DNA of 64,000 bases from an uncultured bacterium (GCA_963977015.1 CAXBMO010000019.1:32001-96000); one strand, 5' to 3'; numbered from the stretch's first letter, positions 29,298-39,117 are shown. The notes: generated from the sequence alone by a model not told the origin. Translations and numbers: made by a program.

Positions 29298-30287
29298 TTA
29301 GTCCGTGAGCACCGGCGCCAGATAGAGGTTGCGATAGGAAACCGCAGTGTGGTCACCCTGAATATAGATGGGGCCGGGCGCCGAGGGATCGGTATGGATG
29401 GCCCCGGCCGTCGGTCCCGGCACGGGCTGATTGTCGATCACGGTGACGCCGTTCAAAACGACGGTGACATGGCGATCCACCAGGGTAAGATCATAGGTTT
29501 GCCATTCACCTCCGGGTTTTCCGGCATTCGTCGATGGGGGAATCCTCCCAAAGATTGCCCCAACGCCCTGGAGGCCCTGCATCCGGCTGTCGCGATCCAC
29601 GACCTGAGCCTCATACATCCCCCGAAGATAGATGCCGCTGTTGCGCTGCGCGCCGACCAGGAATTCGACATGTAGCCAGAAATCCTCAAAAACCGCTTCG
29701 GTCTTCAGGTTCGCATGATCGCCTGTGGCGCTGAAGTCGGTTTTCGGGGTGCTGTTGACGAGCATGCCATCCTTGACGCTCCATCCGTTGATTTTGTCAG
29801 GCTCATGAGGGATCCAGCCGGTCAGGTCCCTGCCATTGAAGAGCGCAATGGGATGCCCAAATCGAACCTTGGAGAGGTCCGGTGCTTTGGTTGGCATGGG
29901 CGGAATCTTCGTGCCTGTAAACGCGACGTTCTCCGCGGTGCCATCAGGAAAGGTCTGCAAAATTGTCCCGTCGAGTTTTCCATCGACGATCCCAACGTCG
30001 ACCGTTTGCGTTGGCACGCCCTCCTTCTTCCGTTTCTTGAGCGCAAATTTGATCCGGCCATCAACGACTTCGACGTTTTCAAACGGACCGGCAGATCCAA
30101 CATACAATCGGAAGAACACGACCGGATTTCCTTCCTTTTCCTGAATGCTCATCCAACCGGGAACACCGGATTCAACCTCGAGCGACCAGTCCCCCCAAAG
30201 GCTCTCGGGAATCGATTGAGCATGCACCGAAGAGATGAAGAGCAGGAACAGGCAGGGCAGGAGTTTGCGATGGAGAGTCATGAACAT
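29298..30287 (-). CDS. DUF1080 (3-keto-disaccharide hydrolase-like) secreted protein
   Basis: Signal peptide; LFNGRDLTGW, NSGIYLRG, GEWQTY, QGDH, YRN. Confidence 0.85.
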   Translation of the reverse strand: MFMTLHRKLLPCLFLLFISSVHAQSIPESLWGDWSLEVESGVPGWMSIQEKEGNPVVFFRLYVGSAGPFENVEVVDGRIKFALKKRKKEGVPTQTVDVGIVDGKLDGTILQTFPDGTAENVAFTGTKIPPMPTKAPDLSKVRFGHPIALFNGRDLTGWIPHEPDKINGWSVKDGMLVNSTPKTDFSATGDHANLKTEAVFEDFWLHVEFLVGAQRNSGIYLRGMYEAQVVDRDSRMQGLQGVGAIFGRIPPSTNAGKPGGEWQTYDLTLVDRHVTVVLNGVTVIDNQPVPGPTAGAIHTDPSAPGPIYIQGDHTAVSYRNLYLAPVLTD

Positions 30288-30454
30288 GGGGTTGGGAAGT
30301 GAGCGTTAAAGGGGCCATCAAGGAGATGCCCGCCGCGTTTGAAATGCCAACGTTTTTCTGAGTGGGGATTCGAAAAATGACGGGGCGGTAATGAAAATAG
30401 AATCGATTTGAAGGAAACTGGGGTTTCATCTTTTTGACCAGCCGCAAATTCCCC

Positions 30455-31843
30455 ATGAAATGGTTCCCCCAACTCTTCCTCGCTCTGACCGTGTTCTCCA
30501 GTAGTGCACTCGGTCAGGATCAGCCCAACTTCCTGTTTCTGCTTTCCGACGACCAGGCCTGGAACGAACTCTCCTGCCAGATGCATCCGGAAATGCCGGA
30601 GTCGAAGAGCCAAATCGTGCAGACTCCAAACATCGCGAAACTGGCGAGCCAGGGGATGCGATTCAGCGCGGCATATTCACCGACATCCGTGTGTTCGCCC
30701 TCGCGCATCAGCCTGCAAACGGGGAAGAGTCCGGCCCAATGTGGTTGGACCAAGGCGGGGCCGGTGATGAGAGCTGGAGCCGGGTTCAAGCTCATTCCGC
30801 CGCCGAGCCGGAGCCACATCGAAGCTGGCGAAGTGACGATTGGCGAGCTGCTGCAATCCGCCGGCTATCGCACGGCACATTATGGCAAGTGGCATCTTGG
30901 GGGCGGCGGTCCCGGGAATCATGGTTACGACGAGAGCGATGGAGATACTGGAAACCGGGACGCAGCTCCACACGTCGAGCCCAATCCGGTCGATATCTTT
31001 GGGATGAGCAGTCGCGCTCAGGCGTTCATGGAGACGAGCCGGAACGCTGGCAAACCCTTCTTCATCCAGATGTCGTTTTACGCCCTGCATTATCCGCAGA
31101 ATGCGAGCAGGTCGCTGGTCGAGAAATATCAGGCCTTGAATCCGCGCGGTAGGGAAAGGGAGATTGGGCGTGCTGCGATTTCCGAAGATCTGGATCGTGG
31201 GGTGGGGGAGTTGATGGCCAAAATCGAGGAATTGGGGATCGGGGACCGCACCTACGTGATTTACATGTCGGACAATGGCAGCTCGACCGGCAACACGCTG
31301 AATGGCGGGAAAGGCGACGTTTGGGAAGGAGGGATCCGGGTGCCGCTGATGGTTCGGGGGCCCGGGATTGCGGCGAACTCATGGAATCATCAACGCGTCG
31401 TCGGTTACGACTTTTATCCCACGTTCTGCAAATTGGCCGGTGTGAAGCAAAAGCTGCCTTCGACGACCGAAGGAGGACTGATCGATCATCTCTTCCACGG
31501 AAGTTCCGAGCCTGTGAAACGTCCGCGCGAGGAACTGGTTTTCCATTTTCCGCACTACCAGGGCGATGCGCCTCACACCGCGTTGTTTCTTGGCGACTAC
31601 AAGTTGATCCGGTTCTACGAGGATCATTCGCTCCAACTCTACAACGTCAGTGAGGATATCGGAGAACGGAACAATTTGTTGAGCGAGAAGCCGGATTTGG
31701 CGGACCAGATGTTGGCACGGATGGATGCTTATCTGGAGGCGGTGAACGCGGGATTGCCAACGCCAAATCCGAACTATGATCCGGAGAATCCGCCCAATCT
31801 TCGAGAGGTGAACCGGGGCAAGAAGGGCGGAAAGAGAAAGTGA
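30455..31843 (+). CDS. Sulfatase (Cys-type)
   Basis: PNFLFLLSDD, CSPSRISLQTG, GKWHLG, SDNG, WEGGIRVP. Confidence 0.92.
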   Translation: MKWFPQLFLALTVFSSSALGQDQPNFLFLLSDDQAWNELSCQMHPEMPESKSQIVQTPNIAKLASQGMRFSAAYSPTSVCSPSRISLQTGKSPAQCGWTKAGPVMRAGAGFKLIPPPSRSHIEAGEVTIGELLQSAGYRTAHYGKWHLGGGGPGNHGYDESDGDTGNRDAAPHVEPNPVDIFGMSSRAQAFMETSRNAGKPFFIQMSFYALHYPQNASRSLVEKYQALNPRGREREIGRAAISEDLDRGVGELMAKIEELGIGDRTYVIYMSDNGSSTGNTLNGGKGDVWEGGIRVPLMVRGPGIAANSWNHQRVVGYDFYPTFCKLAGVKQKLPSTTEGGLIDHLFHGSSEPVKRPREELVFHFPHYQGDAPHTALFLGDYKLIRFYEDHSLQLYNVSEDIGERNNLLSEKPDLADQMLARMDAYLEAVNAGLPTPNPNYDPENPPNLREVNRGKKGGKRK

Positions 31844-31994
31844 AACGGACCGGAAGATTCCCGGTCTCACAGGTTATCCGATCCTCGAGGCGGAAGGCTA
31901 TCGCAGGACTCGCCAAACGGAGGTTTGTCAGGGGCGATCAAGGCAAGAAATCGCGCTTGCCATGGTCTGGAGCAGTCTGCAAGAGTTGCGGCCT

Positions 31995-33809
31995 ATGAGC
32001 AACCCGCGCCTGGCTTACCTTTTCAGCCGTTATCCCATTGTTTCCCAAACCTTTTGCGATAACGAGATTCTCGGGCTGGAGGAAGCTGGGTGGGACGTCG
32101 TGGTGGCCTCCCTGAATCCGCCGCTGGACGACTTTCGTCACGCCCGGTTGGATGCGTTGAAGGCGCCGGTCCTCTATCCACCGCCTCCCAATGTGTTGAA
32201 GCTGCTGGAGGAAGAGGCGCGTGCCGAGGGAACCTGGCCGCAGGAATTGATCGACCAACACGAACAGGCGTTTGGCGCGGATACCAAGCCGGATCAGCGC
32301 TGCCGAAACGCACTTCCGTTGGTTAGCCAGTTGCGGAGGGAGGGAATCGATCACGTCCACCTGCACTTCGCCAATCGAGCCACCCATTCCGCGTTGTTCT
32401 TGAAGGCCATGTCGGGCATTCCCTATTCGTTTACTCCCCAGGCCAAGGACTTCCTCGTCGATATCGAACCGAAGCTCCTGGAAGAACTCTGCCGTGAGGC
32501 GGAGTTCGTGGTTGCGCCCTGTGATTACGCCCAAAAGAAGCTGGCGGAGATGTGTCCGGATAGCGCGGACAAGATCGTGCGGATCTACAACGGGATCGAT
32601 CCGTCCGGCTATCGCCAAGCCCAACCGAAGGCGGGGCCGGACGTGGTGCGGATTGCGAGTTGCGGCCGGCTCATCGAGTTCAAGGGGTTTCATCACCTGA
32701 TTGCCGCAGTTGGCGAGGCGCGTTCCAATGGCGTTCGCGTGGAATTCGAGTTGCTCGGAGATGGCCCCTGGCGCGAACGGTTGGAGAACCAAACGGATGA
32801 GTTGGGTCTTCGCGACCGGGTCACCTTTCGCGGAACGGTAGGGCTCGACGAGATGAAGTCCACGTTCGAACGGATTGACGCCTTCGTCCTGGCCTGCATT
32901 TTCGACCAGGAAGGAGCGTCGGACATGTTTCCCACCGTCATCACCGAGGCGATGCTTTCCGGGCTCGCCGTGGTCAGCACTCCCATTGCCGGCGTGCCGG
33001 AGATGGTGATGGAAGGCAAAACCGGGATGTTGGTGGAACCCGGAGACGAAAAGGCGCTGGCCGACGCGCTGTGCCGATTCGCGAACGAGCCGGATCTGGC
33101 CATCAACATGGGCAAGGCCGGGCGCGAGCGGGCCGTCGAGGTCTTTTCACGGCAGACCACCCTGGCGCAGCTTCAGGATCGCCTGAAGGAAGCGAAAGCC
33201 CGGAGTTCGGCTCCATCGCCTCCTGCTGTTGCTGCCTTTTTTGAGCTGAAGGACGGAGACGGCGATCGCTTCAACGTCGAGCGGGCCGCGATGGCGGAAA
33301 TGTCGGGATCCCTCTGGGTGGCGGCGGGGCTGGCTTCCCCGAACGAGCTGAAAGCGATCGGAGATCTGGAAGCGCTGAATTGGTTGCCGGACGGAATGGT
33401 GCTGGAGATGGAGTGGCGGAGTCACAATGCCGAACGAACGCGGCTGGTTGAACTCCGCAGCGAACTCGGAACTTCGGTCGATGGGGAAACGTTTTTTTCA
33501 GCGGCGCGCCGGGCCTTGTGGTGGGCGGAGGATTTGCGTCGCCGTGGCGGAGCGAAATTGCTGTTTGCGGGGGACACCACGGAGTGTCTCGTCGTCTGGT
33601 TGACGAGCAGGATCACCGGAATTCCCTTCGTCGCCGCGCTGGAACGTGAATCCGCGTTCTCCAAAAACCTGAGAACCCGGATTTTCGAGGCGGCCAACGC
33701 GATTGCGCTTCAAAACCAGGAAGACCCCCTTTTGCGCTCCGCCCGCCGGGCGAAACCCGATGCTCGAATCAGCGCGTTGCGGAACTGGCTGCAATCCGTA
33801 TCAGGCTGA
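31995..33809 (+). CDS. Glycosyltransferase family 4 (WcaL-like) with C-terminal extension
   Basis: YLFSRYPIVSQTF, HLHFA, GRLIEFKG, FPTVITEAM, GVPEMV. Confidence 0.85.
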   Translation: MSNPRLAYLFSRYPIVSQTFCDNEILGLEEAGWDVVVASLNPPLDDFRHARLDALKAPVLYPPPPNVLKLLEEEARAEGTWPQELIDQHEQAFGADTKPDQRCRNALPLVSQLRREGIDHVHLHFANRATHSALFLKAMSGIPYSFTPQAKDFLVDIEPKLLEELCREAEFVVAPCDYAQKKLAEMCPDSADKIVRIYNGIDPSGYRQAQPKAGPDVVRIASCGRLIEFKGFHHLIAAVGEARSNGVRVEFELLGDGPWRERLENQTDELGLRDRVTFRGTVGLDEMKSTFERIDAFVLACIFDQEGASDMFPTVITEAMLSGLAVVSTPIAGVPEMVMEGKTGMLVEPGDEKALADALCRFANEPDLAINMGKAGRERAVEVFSRQTTLAQLQDRLKEAKARSSAPSPPAVAAFFELKDGDGDRFNVERAAMAEMSGSLWVAAGLASPNELKAIGDLEALNWLPDGMVLEMEWRSHNAERTRLVELRSELGTSVDGETFFSAARRALWWAEDLRRRGGAKLLFAGDTTECLVVWLTSRITGIPFVAALERESAFSKNLRTRIFEAANAIALQNQEDPLLRSARRAKPDARISALRNWLQSVSG

Positions 33810-34676
33810 CGCACCAATTTCCTGAACCAAGCGGCTCACGCCGTCCTCCAGCTCAACCTCGGGCTTCCAACCAGACGCCGCGGTGAATTTCGACGGGTCA
33901 AGGCGGTTCCTCGTCACATCCCAGGAAAGTTCCCCTTCCTTGGCGCGGACCTCGATCCGCCGGTTCGTGAGGTTTTCCACCAGGGCGATCATCTCGCTGA
34001 GACGGAGCGTCCGCCCGGAACAAACGTTGTAGATCCCGGAAATGCGTTGGTCGATCGTTGCCAACAAGGCGCGGGAAAGGTCGTCGATGTGGATGTAATC
34101 CTTCTCTGAATCCACGCCCCATTGCTCGAAAACGGTTCCCTCCAAGGCGGCCTGAATGATCCGGGGAATCACGCCCTGAGGCGGGCCTGCCGTGCCGGGA
34201 ACGCCGTAGACATTGGCCACCCGCAGAATCGCGGCCTGCTCATTGCGTTCCTGAATCAGGGTTTCCGCAGCGGCTTTTCCCCGGGCATACTCGCCGACCG
34301 GGTTGAGTTCGTCCGTTTCGATGCTGCCCGTTTCCCGCTCGGAATTGCCATAAACAGCGCCGGTGGAAACAAACAACAGGTGCGTCTGGGCTTCGGTTGC
34401 GCTCTTCGAGAGGCGATCGAGCAAGGGCAACTCGATCTCATGAACCTGGCGCGGATTTGCTTCGGCCGTGGTCGGGACAACGCCCCATGCAAGGTGCAGC
34501 ACCGCATCGAATCGGCCCATCACGCCCGGATCCGCCAGCGATTCCACCGAAATGGCGCCCAGCTCAGCGTCTGCAGTTCGGAGGCAGGGCTGAAGCGCGT
34601 TGTCGCGCCAACGCGGGTCCGCGCGAAGGGCGCGTCCGAGTCGGCCGTTGGCTCCAGTGATTGCGATCGATGCCAT
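33801..34676 (-). CDS. NAD-dependent epimerase/dehydratase
   Basis: TGANGRLG, STGAVYG, YARGK (YxxxK), NVYG, DYIHIDD. Confidence 0.88.
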   Translation of the reverse strand: MASIAITGANGRLGRALRADPRWRDNALQPCLRTADAELGAISVESLADPGVMGRFDAVLHLAWGVVPTTAEANPRQVHEIELPLLDRLSKSATEAQTHLLFVSTGAVYGNSERETGSIETDELNPVGEYARGKAAAETLIQERNEQAAILRVANVYGVPGTAGPPQGVIPRIIQAALEGTVFEQWGVDSEKDYIHIDDLSRALLATIDQRISGIYNVCSGRTLRLSEMIALVENLTNRRIEVRAKEGELSWDVTRNRLDPSKFTAASGWKPEVELEDGVSRLVQEIGASA

Positions 34677-34878
34677 TCCGGCCACGCTTAGGCGAAGGCG
34701 AATCGCGATTCAATGGAAATTCGCGTCTTGAGAAACCGCCAGGTCCATGCCGAACCCGAAACCGGCTCGAGGAAGCCACATCGATTAATGGATTGCGGCC
34801 GTATTCCGTGCGAATAATGGCGACAAACCCGCATTTCTTTCCAGAATGCATCGCCCCTCCGCCGGGCACTTCCCCCTG

Positions 34879-37221
34879 ATGAAGACGACACCGAGTTCAG
34901 AACCGACTGAGACCAATCCCGGAACGAGCCAACCAGAGATTCAAGTCGAGCCTCCCGAAACCCATACCGGCATCAAAGTCAAAGAGCCAAAAACCTACGC
35001 TGCTGGGGTTGAGGCAGTTACGTCGTCCTTCAAGCACGTTTTCGGCTTGGCGGGACTGACCCGGGGCGCTTCGGGCATGGCGAAACTCAACCAAAAAGGC
35101 GGGTTCGACTGCCCGTCCTGTGCGTGGCCGGATCCCGACGACGAGCGAGCCGGGACCGAATTTTGTGAGAATGGGGCGAAAGCGATGGCCTCGGAGATCA
35201 CGCGTCGAAAGGTTGATCCCAAATTTTTCGCGAAGCACTCCGTTCAGGAGCTCTCCGAGCAGTCCGACTACTGGATGGAGCAGCAGGGACGCATCACTGA
35301 TCCCGTGATTTTGCGGCCCGGAGCGACGCATTACGAGCCGATTGAATGGGACGAAGCGTTCCAGCTCGTTGCGGACGAATTGAATGCGTTGCCCGATCCG
35401 GACCGGGCGATTTTCTACACCTCGGGCCGAACCGTGAACGAGAGCGCCTTTCTCTACGGGCTCTTCGTGCGGATGTTCGGCACCAACAATCTTCCCGACT
35501 GCTCCAACATGTGTCACGAATCGAGTGGGGCAGCCCTGGGAGAGGCGATCGGAATCGGGAAAGGAACGGTCTCGCTCAAGGATATCGAGGAAGCGGATTG
35601 CCTCCTCGTGGTGGGGCAGAATCCGGGAACCAATCATCCGCGCATGCTTTCGGCTTTGCAGGCCACGGTGCGAAACGGCGGAGAAATCATCGCGGTGAAC
35701 CCGATGAAAGAGGCGGGGCTGGTTGGCTTTGCTCATCCTCAGGAAATCGCGGGGATGATGGGAGCGGCGACGCCCCTCAGTTCGACCTATCTGCGGGTCA
35801 AGGTGAACGGTGACCAGGCGCTGTTTCAGGGGCTCAGCAAAGCCTTGTTGGAATTGGAACGGAAACGCCCCGGCGAGATCGTCGATCACGAGTTCGTGGA
35901 AAACCATACCCAGGGGTTCGAGTCCTTCGTCAGCGGGATCGACGCGGTGGGTTGGGACGAGATCGTCGACATCTCCGGCATTCCGGAAGCCGAGATTCGT
36001 GACGCGGCAATGACGATTTTGCGCAAGGACCGCAAGTTCATCACCTGTTGGGCGATGGGGCTGACTCAGCATCGCAACGCGGTTTCCACAATCCGCGATG
36101 TCGTCAATCTGCACCTTCTGCTCGGTGCCGTCGGGCGTCCGGGAGCCGGGCTTTGTCCCGTGCGCGGACACAGCAACGTGCAGGGGGACCGCACCATGGG
36201 AATTTTCGAGAAAATGCCGGCTGAGTTTCACGATTCGATCGATCGCGTGTTCAACTTCCAATCGCCGCGCAAAGTCGGTTTCGACGTCGTCAACTCGATC
36301 CTCGCGATGCACCGTGAAGACGCTTCCGTCTTTTTCGCGATGGGCGGGAACTTCCTTCAAGCGACCCCGGACACCCAGTTCACGGCCGAGGCGCTGCAGA
36401 AGTGTTCCCTCACCGTTCAGGTTTCGACCAAGCTGAATCGCAGCCATGTCGTGACCGGTCGCACCGGGCTGATTCTGCCTTGCCTCGGGCGGAGCGAGTT
36501 GGATCTGGATGAATCCGGCGAACCCCAGTTCTCGACCGTCGAAAACTCGATGGGCGTGGTTCATCAAAGCCGGGGAACGCTGGAGCCGGTCTCCGAAAAT
36601 CTCCTCAGCGAGATTCGGATTGCGGCCCACCTCGCCGCCGCCACCCTGGGCGAACGCGCCACGATCGATTTCGTTTCGCTCTCGAAGGATTACAACCAAG
36701 TGCGTGACCTCATCGAGAAGACCATTCCCGAATTCGAGAACTTCAACCAACGCGTCAGCGAGCCCGGCGGTTTCTATCTCGACAACCCGGTGAAATCACG
36801 CGTCTTCAAAACCGCCTCCGGCAAAGCCGAATTCTCCACCGAGCCACTGACCACCGCCACGCTCGGCGAAGGGGAGTTGATGCTGATGACGGTCCGCAGT
36901 CACGACCAGTTCAACACCACGGTTTACGGACTTCATGATCGCTATCGCGGGATCAGCAATGAGCGACGCATCCTCTTCATGAATCCCGAAGACATGAAGG
37001 AGCGCAACATTCGTCCCCTCGCGGAAGTCAGCATTCGGAACGTTTCGGGCGGCCGCACCCGCGAAGTGCATCGCTTCCTCGCGATTCCCTACGAACTGCC
37101 AAAGCTGGCGGTCGCCGGCTATTTCCCCGAGCTCAATCCGCTAGTTCCCATCGATTCGACCGCCGATATCTCGAACACGCCGACATCCAAATCGATCCCG
37201 GTGACGGTTGAGCTTGGTTGA
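34879..37221 (+). CDS. FdhF/YdeP-family molybdopterin oxidoreductase
   Basis: GFDCPSCAWPD, EFCENGAKA, YTSGR, PDCSNMCHE, RGHSNVQGDRT, RSHDQFNTT. Confidence 0.92.
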   Translation: MKTTPSSEPTETNPGTSQPEIQVEPPETHTGIKVKEPKTYAAGVEAVTSSFKHVFGLAGLTRGASGMAKLNQKGGFDCPSCAWPDPDDERAGTEFCENGAKAMASEITRRKVDPKFFAKHSVQELSEQSDYWMEQQGRITDPVILRPGATHYEPIEWDEAFQLVADELNALPDPDRAIFYTSGRTVNESAFLYGLFVRMFGTNNLPDCSNMCHESSGAALGEAIGIGKGTVSLKDIEEADCLLVVGQNPGTNHPRMLSALQATVRNGGEIIAVNPMKEAGLVGFAHPQEIAGMMGAATPLSSTYLRVKVNGDQALFQGLSKALLELERKRPGEIVDHEFVENHTQGFESFVSGIDAVGWDEIVDISGIPEAEIRDAAMTILRKDRKFITCWAMGLTQHRNAVSTIRDVVNLHLLLGAVGRPGAGLCPVRGHSNVQGDRTMGIFEKMPAEFHDSIDRVFNFQSPRKVGFDVVNSILAMHREDASVFFAMGGNFLQATPDTQFTAEALQKCSLTVQVSTKLNRSHVVTGRTGLILPCLGRSELDLDESGEPQFSTVENSMGVVHQSRGTLEPVSENLLSEIRIAAHLAAATLGERATIDFVSLSKDYNQVRDLIEKTIPEFENFNQRVSEPGGFYLDNPVKSRVFKTASGKAEFSTEPLTTATLGEGELMLMTVRSHDQFNTTVYGLHDRYRGISNERRILFMNPEDMKERNIRPLAEVSIRNVSGGRTREVHRFLAIPYELPKLAVAGYFPELNPLVPIDSTADISNTPTSKSIPVTVELG

Positions 37222-37364
37222 TGCGTTAGACCAGGGTGCATTCGAAAAAGGGTGCTCCAGAACCTGTGGAGGCTTTCAAATCTGCTCTTAGTTAGAGCAG
37301 TTCGGAAAGTGAACCCGTCACCCATGAAAGAGGAATGGGCTCAGGATCGAGTAAGGATCCCCGC

Positions 37365-37570
37365 CAGTCCAACGGGCTGAGACATGCCAGCCCAGGGCAA
37401 GCGAGCCAGAGCGCCGCCCTGGGATCACCGAAGGGAAGAAACGGACCCTGAAAGGGGCCGACAACCGATATCCCGGCCCTCCAGGCTTCATGATATTTAT
37501 CGAACTCCACCCCGGCCGCCGGGCGTGCCGCCCTCTGGCCGGGGCTGACATATCTCAGCCCTTCAGGCTG
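37365..37570. mobile_element. REPIN/MITE-like element, copy 1
   Basis: About 33-bp imperfect terminal inverted repeats (CAGTCCAACGGGCTGAGACATGCCAGCCCAGGGC ... GCCGGGGCTGACATATCTCAGCCCTTCAGGCTG); internal hairpins CCCAGGGC..GCCCTGGG and CCCTGAAAGGG; no coding capacity. Confidence 0.7.
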
Positions 37571-37634
37571 GGCTCGGGCGGACCGCTCATGTCTCGGACG
37601 AACCCGGTTACGCAATCCCCAATCACCCCAGCCG

Positions 37635-38182
37635 CCTCAACCCTCGGCGTCGCGCTCGTAGCGCCGTTGCGAGACCATCACCCAAACCCCTCGCTCCATC
37701 GCCACCGCCCTTGATTCGTAATCGAATACGTCTCCCCCATTCCTCCCCTCTCCCCTCAACCCCCGCCGTCGCGCTCGTCGCGCTGTTGCGAGACCATCAC
37801 CACCCAAGCTCGAAGCGCCGTAGCGAGCTCCCCACAGAATCATGGAACCGGAAGCGTGCCACCCCCGCCAGCCCAACGGGCTGAGACATGCCAGCCCAGG
37901 GCAAGCGAGCAACGAGCGCCGCCCTGGGATCACCGAAGGGAAGAAACGGACCCTGAAAGGGCCCGACAACCGATGTCCCGGCCCTCCAGGCCTCATGATA
38001 TTTATCGAACTCCACCCCGGCCGCCGGGCGTGCCGCCCTCTGGCCGGGGCTGACATATCTCAGCCCTTCAGGCTGGGCCCGGGCGGACTGCTCACGCCTC
38101 AGACGCAAACCGGTTCGGCAATCCCCAATCACCCCAGCGCCCCCTCAACCCTCGCCGTCGCGCTCGTAGCGCCGTTGCGAGA
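37635..38182. repeat. Three copies of a 40-47 bp motif (37635-37681, 37754-37800, 38143-38182)
   Basis: Consensus CCTCAACCCTCGCCGTCGCGCTCGTAGCGCCGTTGCGAGA, with a GCGCT-cgt-AGCGC hairpin core. Confidence 0.85.
37869..38075. mobile_element. REPIN/MITE-like element, copy 2
   Basis: Same terminal inverted repeats and internal hairpins as copy 1. Confidence 0.7.
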
Positions 38183-38435
38183 GCAACTAGAAATCCCGCG
38201 CCAAGAAAAACTCCTCATCATATCAGAACCTCCTTGTCGAAGGCGGCAAAAACCCGTATTGCTAGTCCATTTGCGATCTCAGGGCGGCAGCCAAGTCTTG
38301 ACAATTCCCACAATCATCGTGAATCACCATGAACACCAAAGACAAGCGATCAATATTCCTTAATCATTTAAGTCCAATTTCATGATTTGGATATGAGCCC
38401 TTCAAGTGGAATAATATACTGTTCGCTCAGAAAAA

Positions 38436-38864
38436 ATGGATCCGCTCGTCTACCCGATCATCTTCCGATACGATGACATGACAGTGCCATCGGGGAACGA
38501 CTTTCCAAAGATTTGGCAGGTGAGATTTCGGGGGGAGCGAGAGTTTGACGCTATCGAGTCAATTCATCCCGCAGCTAGATTTCACTGGATCATCGACGGG
38601 AACGCCAACCTTTTGGAAATCTCTCTGGAATCGAAGTCGAGAGAATGGCTTCGACCATTTCGACATGTTTGGAGATGCGTGAGGGAACATTATTCCATCG
38701 AGGACGGGCGTGAGCTCACCATCGGCGAACTAAGGGGACTCATCGAAGGCACTCGACTCGATGAAGAGAAATCCCTGACACCGGCTTTGCAAGAGTTTCT
38801 CGATGGGCGGGATCTTGGCACCACTTTCACCAAGTCGATGTTCCGTGAGTTCATGCGTGAATAG
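38436..38864 (+). CDS. Hypothetical protein
   Basis: 142-aa ATG ORF after an AT-rich upstream region; protein-like composition; no family recognised. Confidence 0.55.
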   Translation: MDPLVYPIIFRYDDMTVPSGNDFPKIWQVRFRGEREFDAIESIHPAARFHWIIDGNANLLEISLESKSREWLRPFRHVWRCVREHYSIEDGRELTIGELRGLIEGTRLDEEKSLTPALQEFLDGRDLGTTFTKSMFREFMRE

Positions 38865-38936
38865 GCAAGAGCGAACAAGATTAGATGAGAAGGCAGAGCG
38901 CCTCGTCGCGGGACGAGGTTGATAGACTCTCTGCTG

Positions 38937-39065
38937 ATGAAAACGACACGGCCTACCATCTATCGGAAAGCGACCTTGGGGATTGACCTGGGCGATCGCA
39001 AACATGCCGTCTGTGCCCTCAACGCGAAGGGCGGTCAGCCGTCAGCGCTCGAAGCTGATATCTGA
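38937..39065 (+). pseudogene. IS110-family transposase N-terminal remnant
   Basis: Reads MKTTRPTIYRKATLGIDLGDRKHAVCALNAKG, then runs into repeat sequence and stops. GIDL..KH..C matches the first DEDD/RuvC-like strand of IS110 transposases. Confidence 0.7.
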
Positions 39066-39117
39066 CGGCTGTTACCTGACGGCTGTTACCTGACGGCTGT
39101 TACCTGACGGCTGTTAC
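39055..39117. repeat. Heptamer-phased tandem repeat containing (CTGACGGCTGTTAC)x4
   Basis: CTGATAT, then four exact 14-mers at 39062-39117; an inverted arm CGGTCAGCCGTCAG lies at 39032-39045. Confidence 0.92.

Larger units (their letters stand above)
37359..38182. repeat. Near-identical direct duplication of about 315 bp (37359-37674 and 37863-38182)
   Basis: Both copies run from CCCCGCCAG(T/C)CCAACGGGCTGAGACATGCC to GCGCCGTTGCGAGA with scattered substitutions. Confidence 0.92.

Noticed and set aside
34686-34878. Moco riboswitch upstream of the YdeP-type gene
   Set aside because: Conserved Moco RNA motifs were not recognisable by eye.
38298-38330. TTGACA -35 box as a sigma70 promoter
   Set aside because: No acceptable -10 hexamer at 16-18 bp spacing.
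37292-38363. Several short ORFs across the duplicated repeat region
   Set aside because: They are translations of palindromic repeats in multiple frames with no recognisable motifs.
37359-39117. Possible CRISPR array
   Set aside because: No regular repeat-unique spacer periodicity and no cas genes; the repeats are long duplications or spacer-less tandems.
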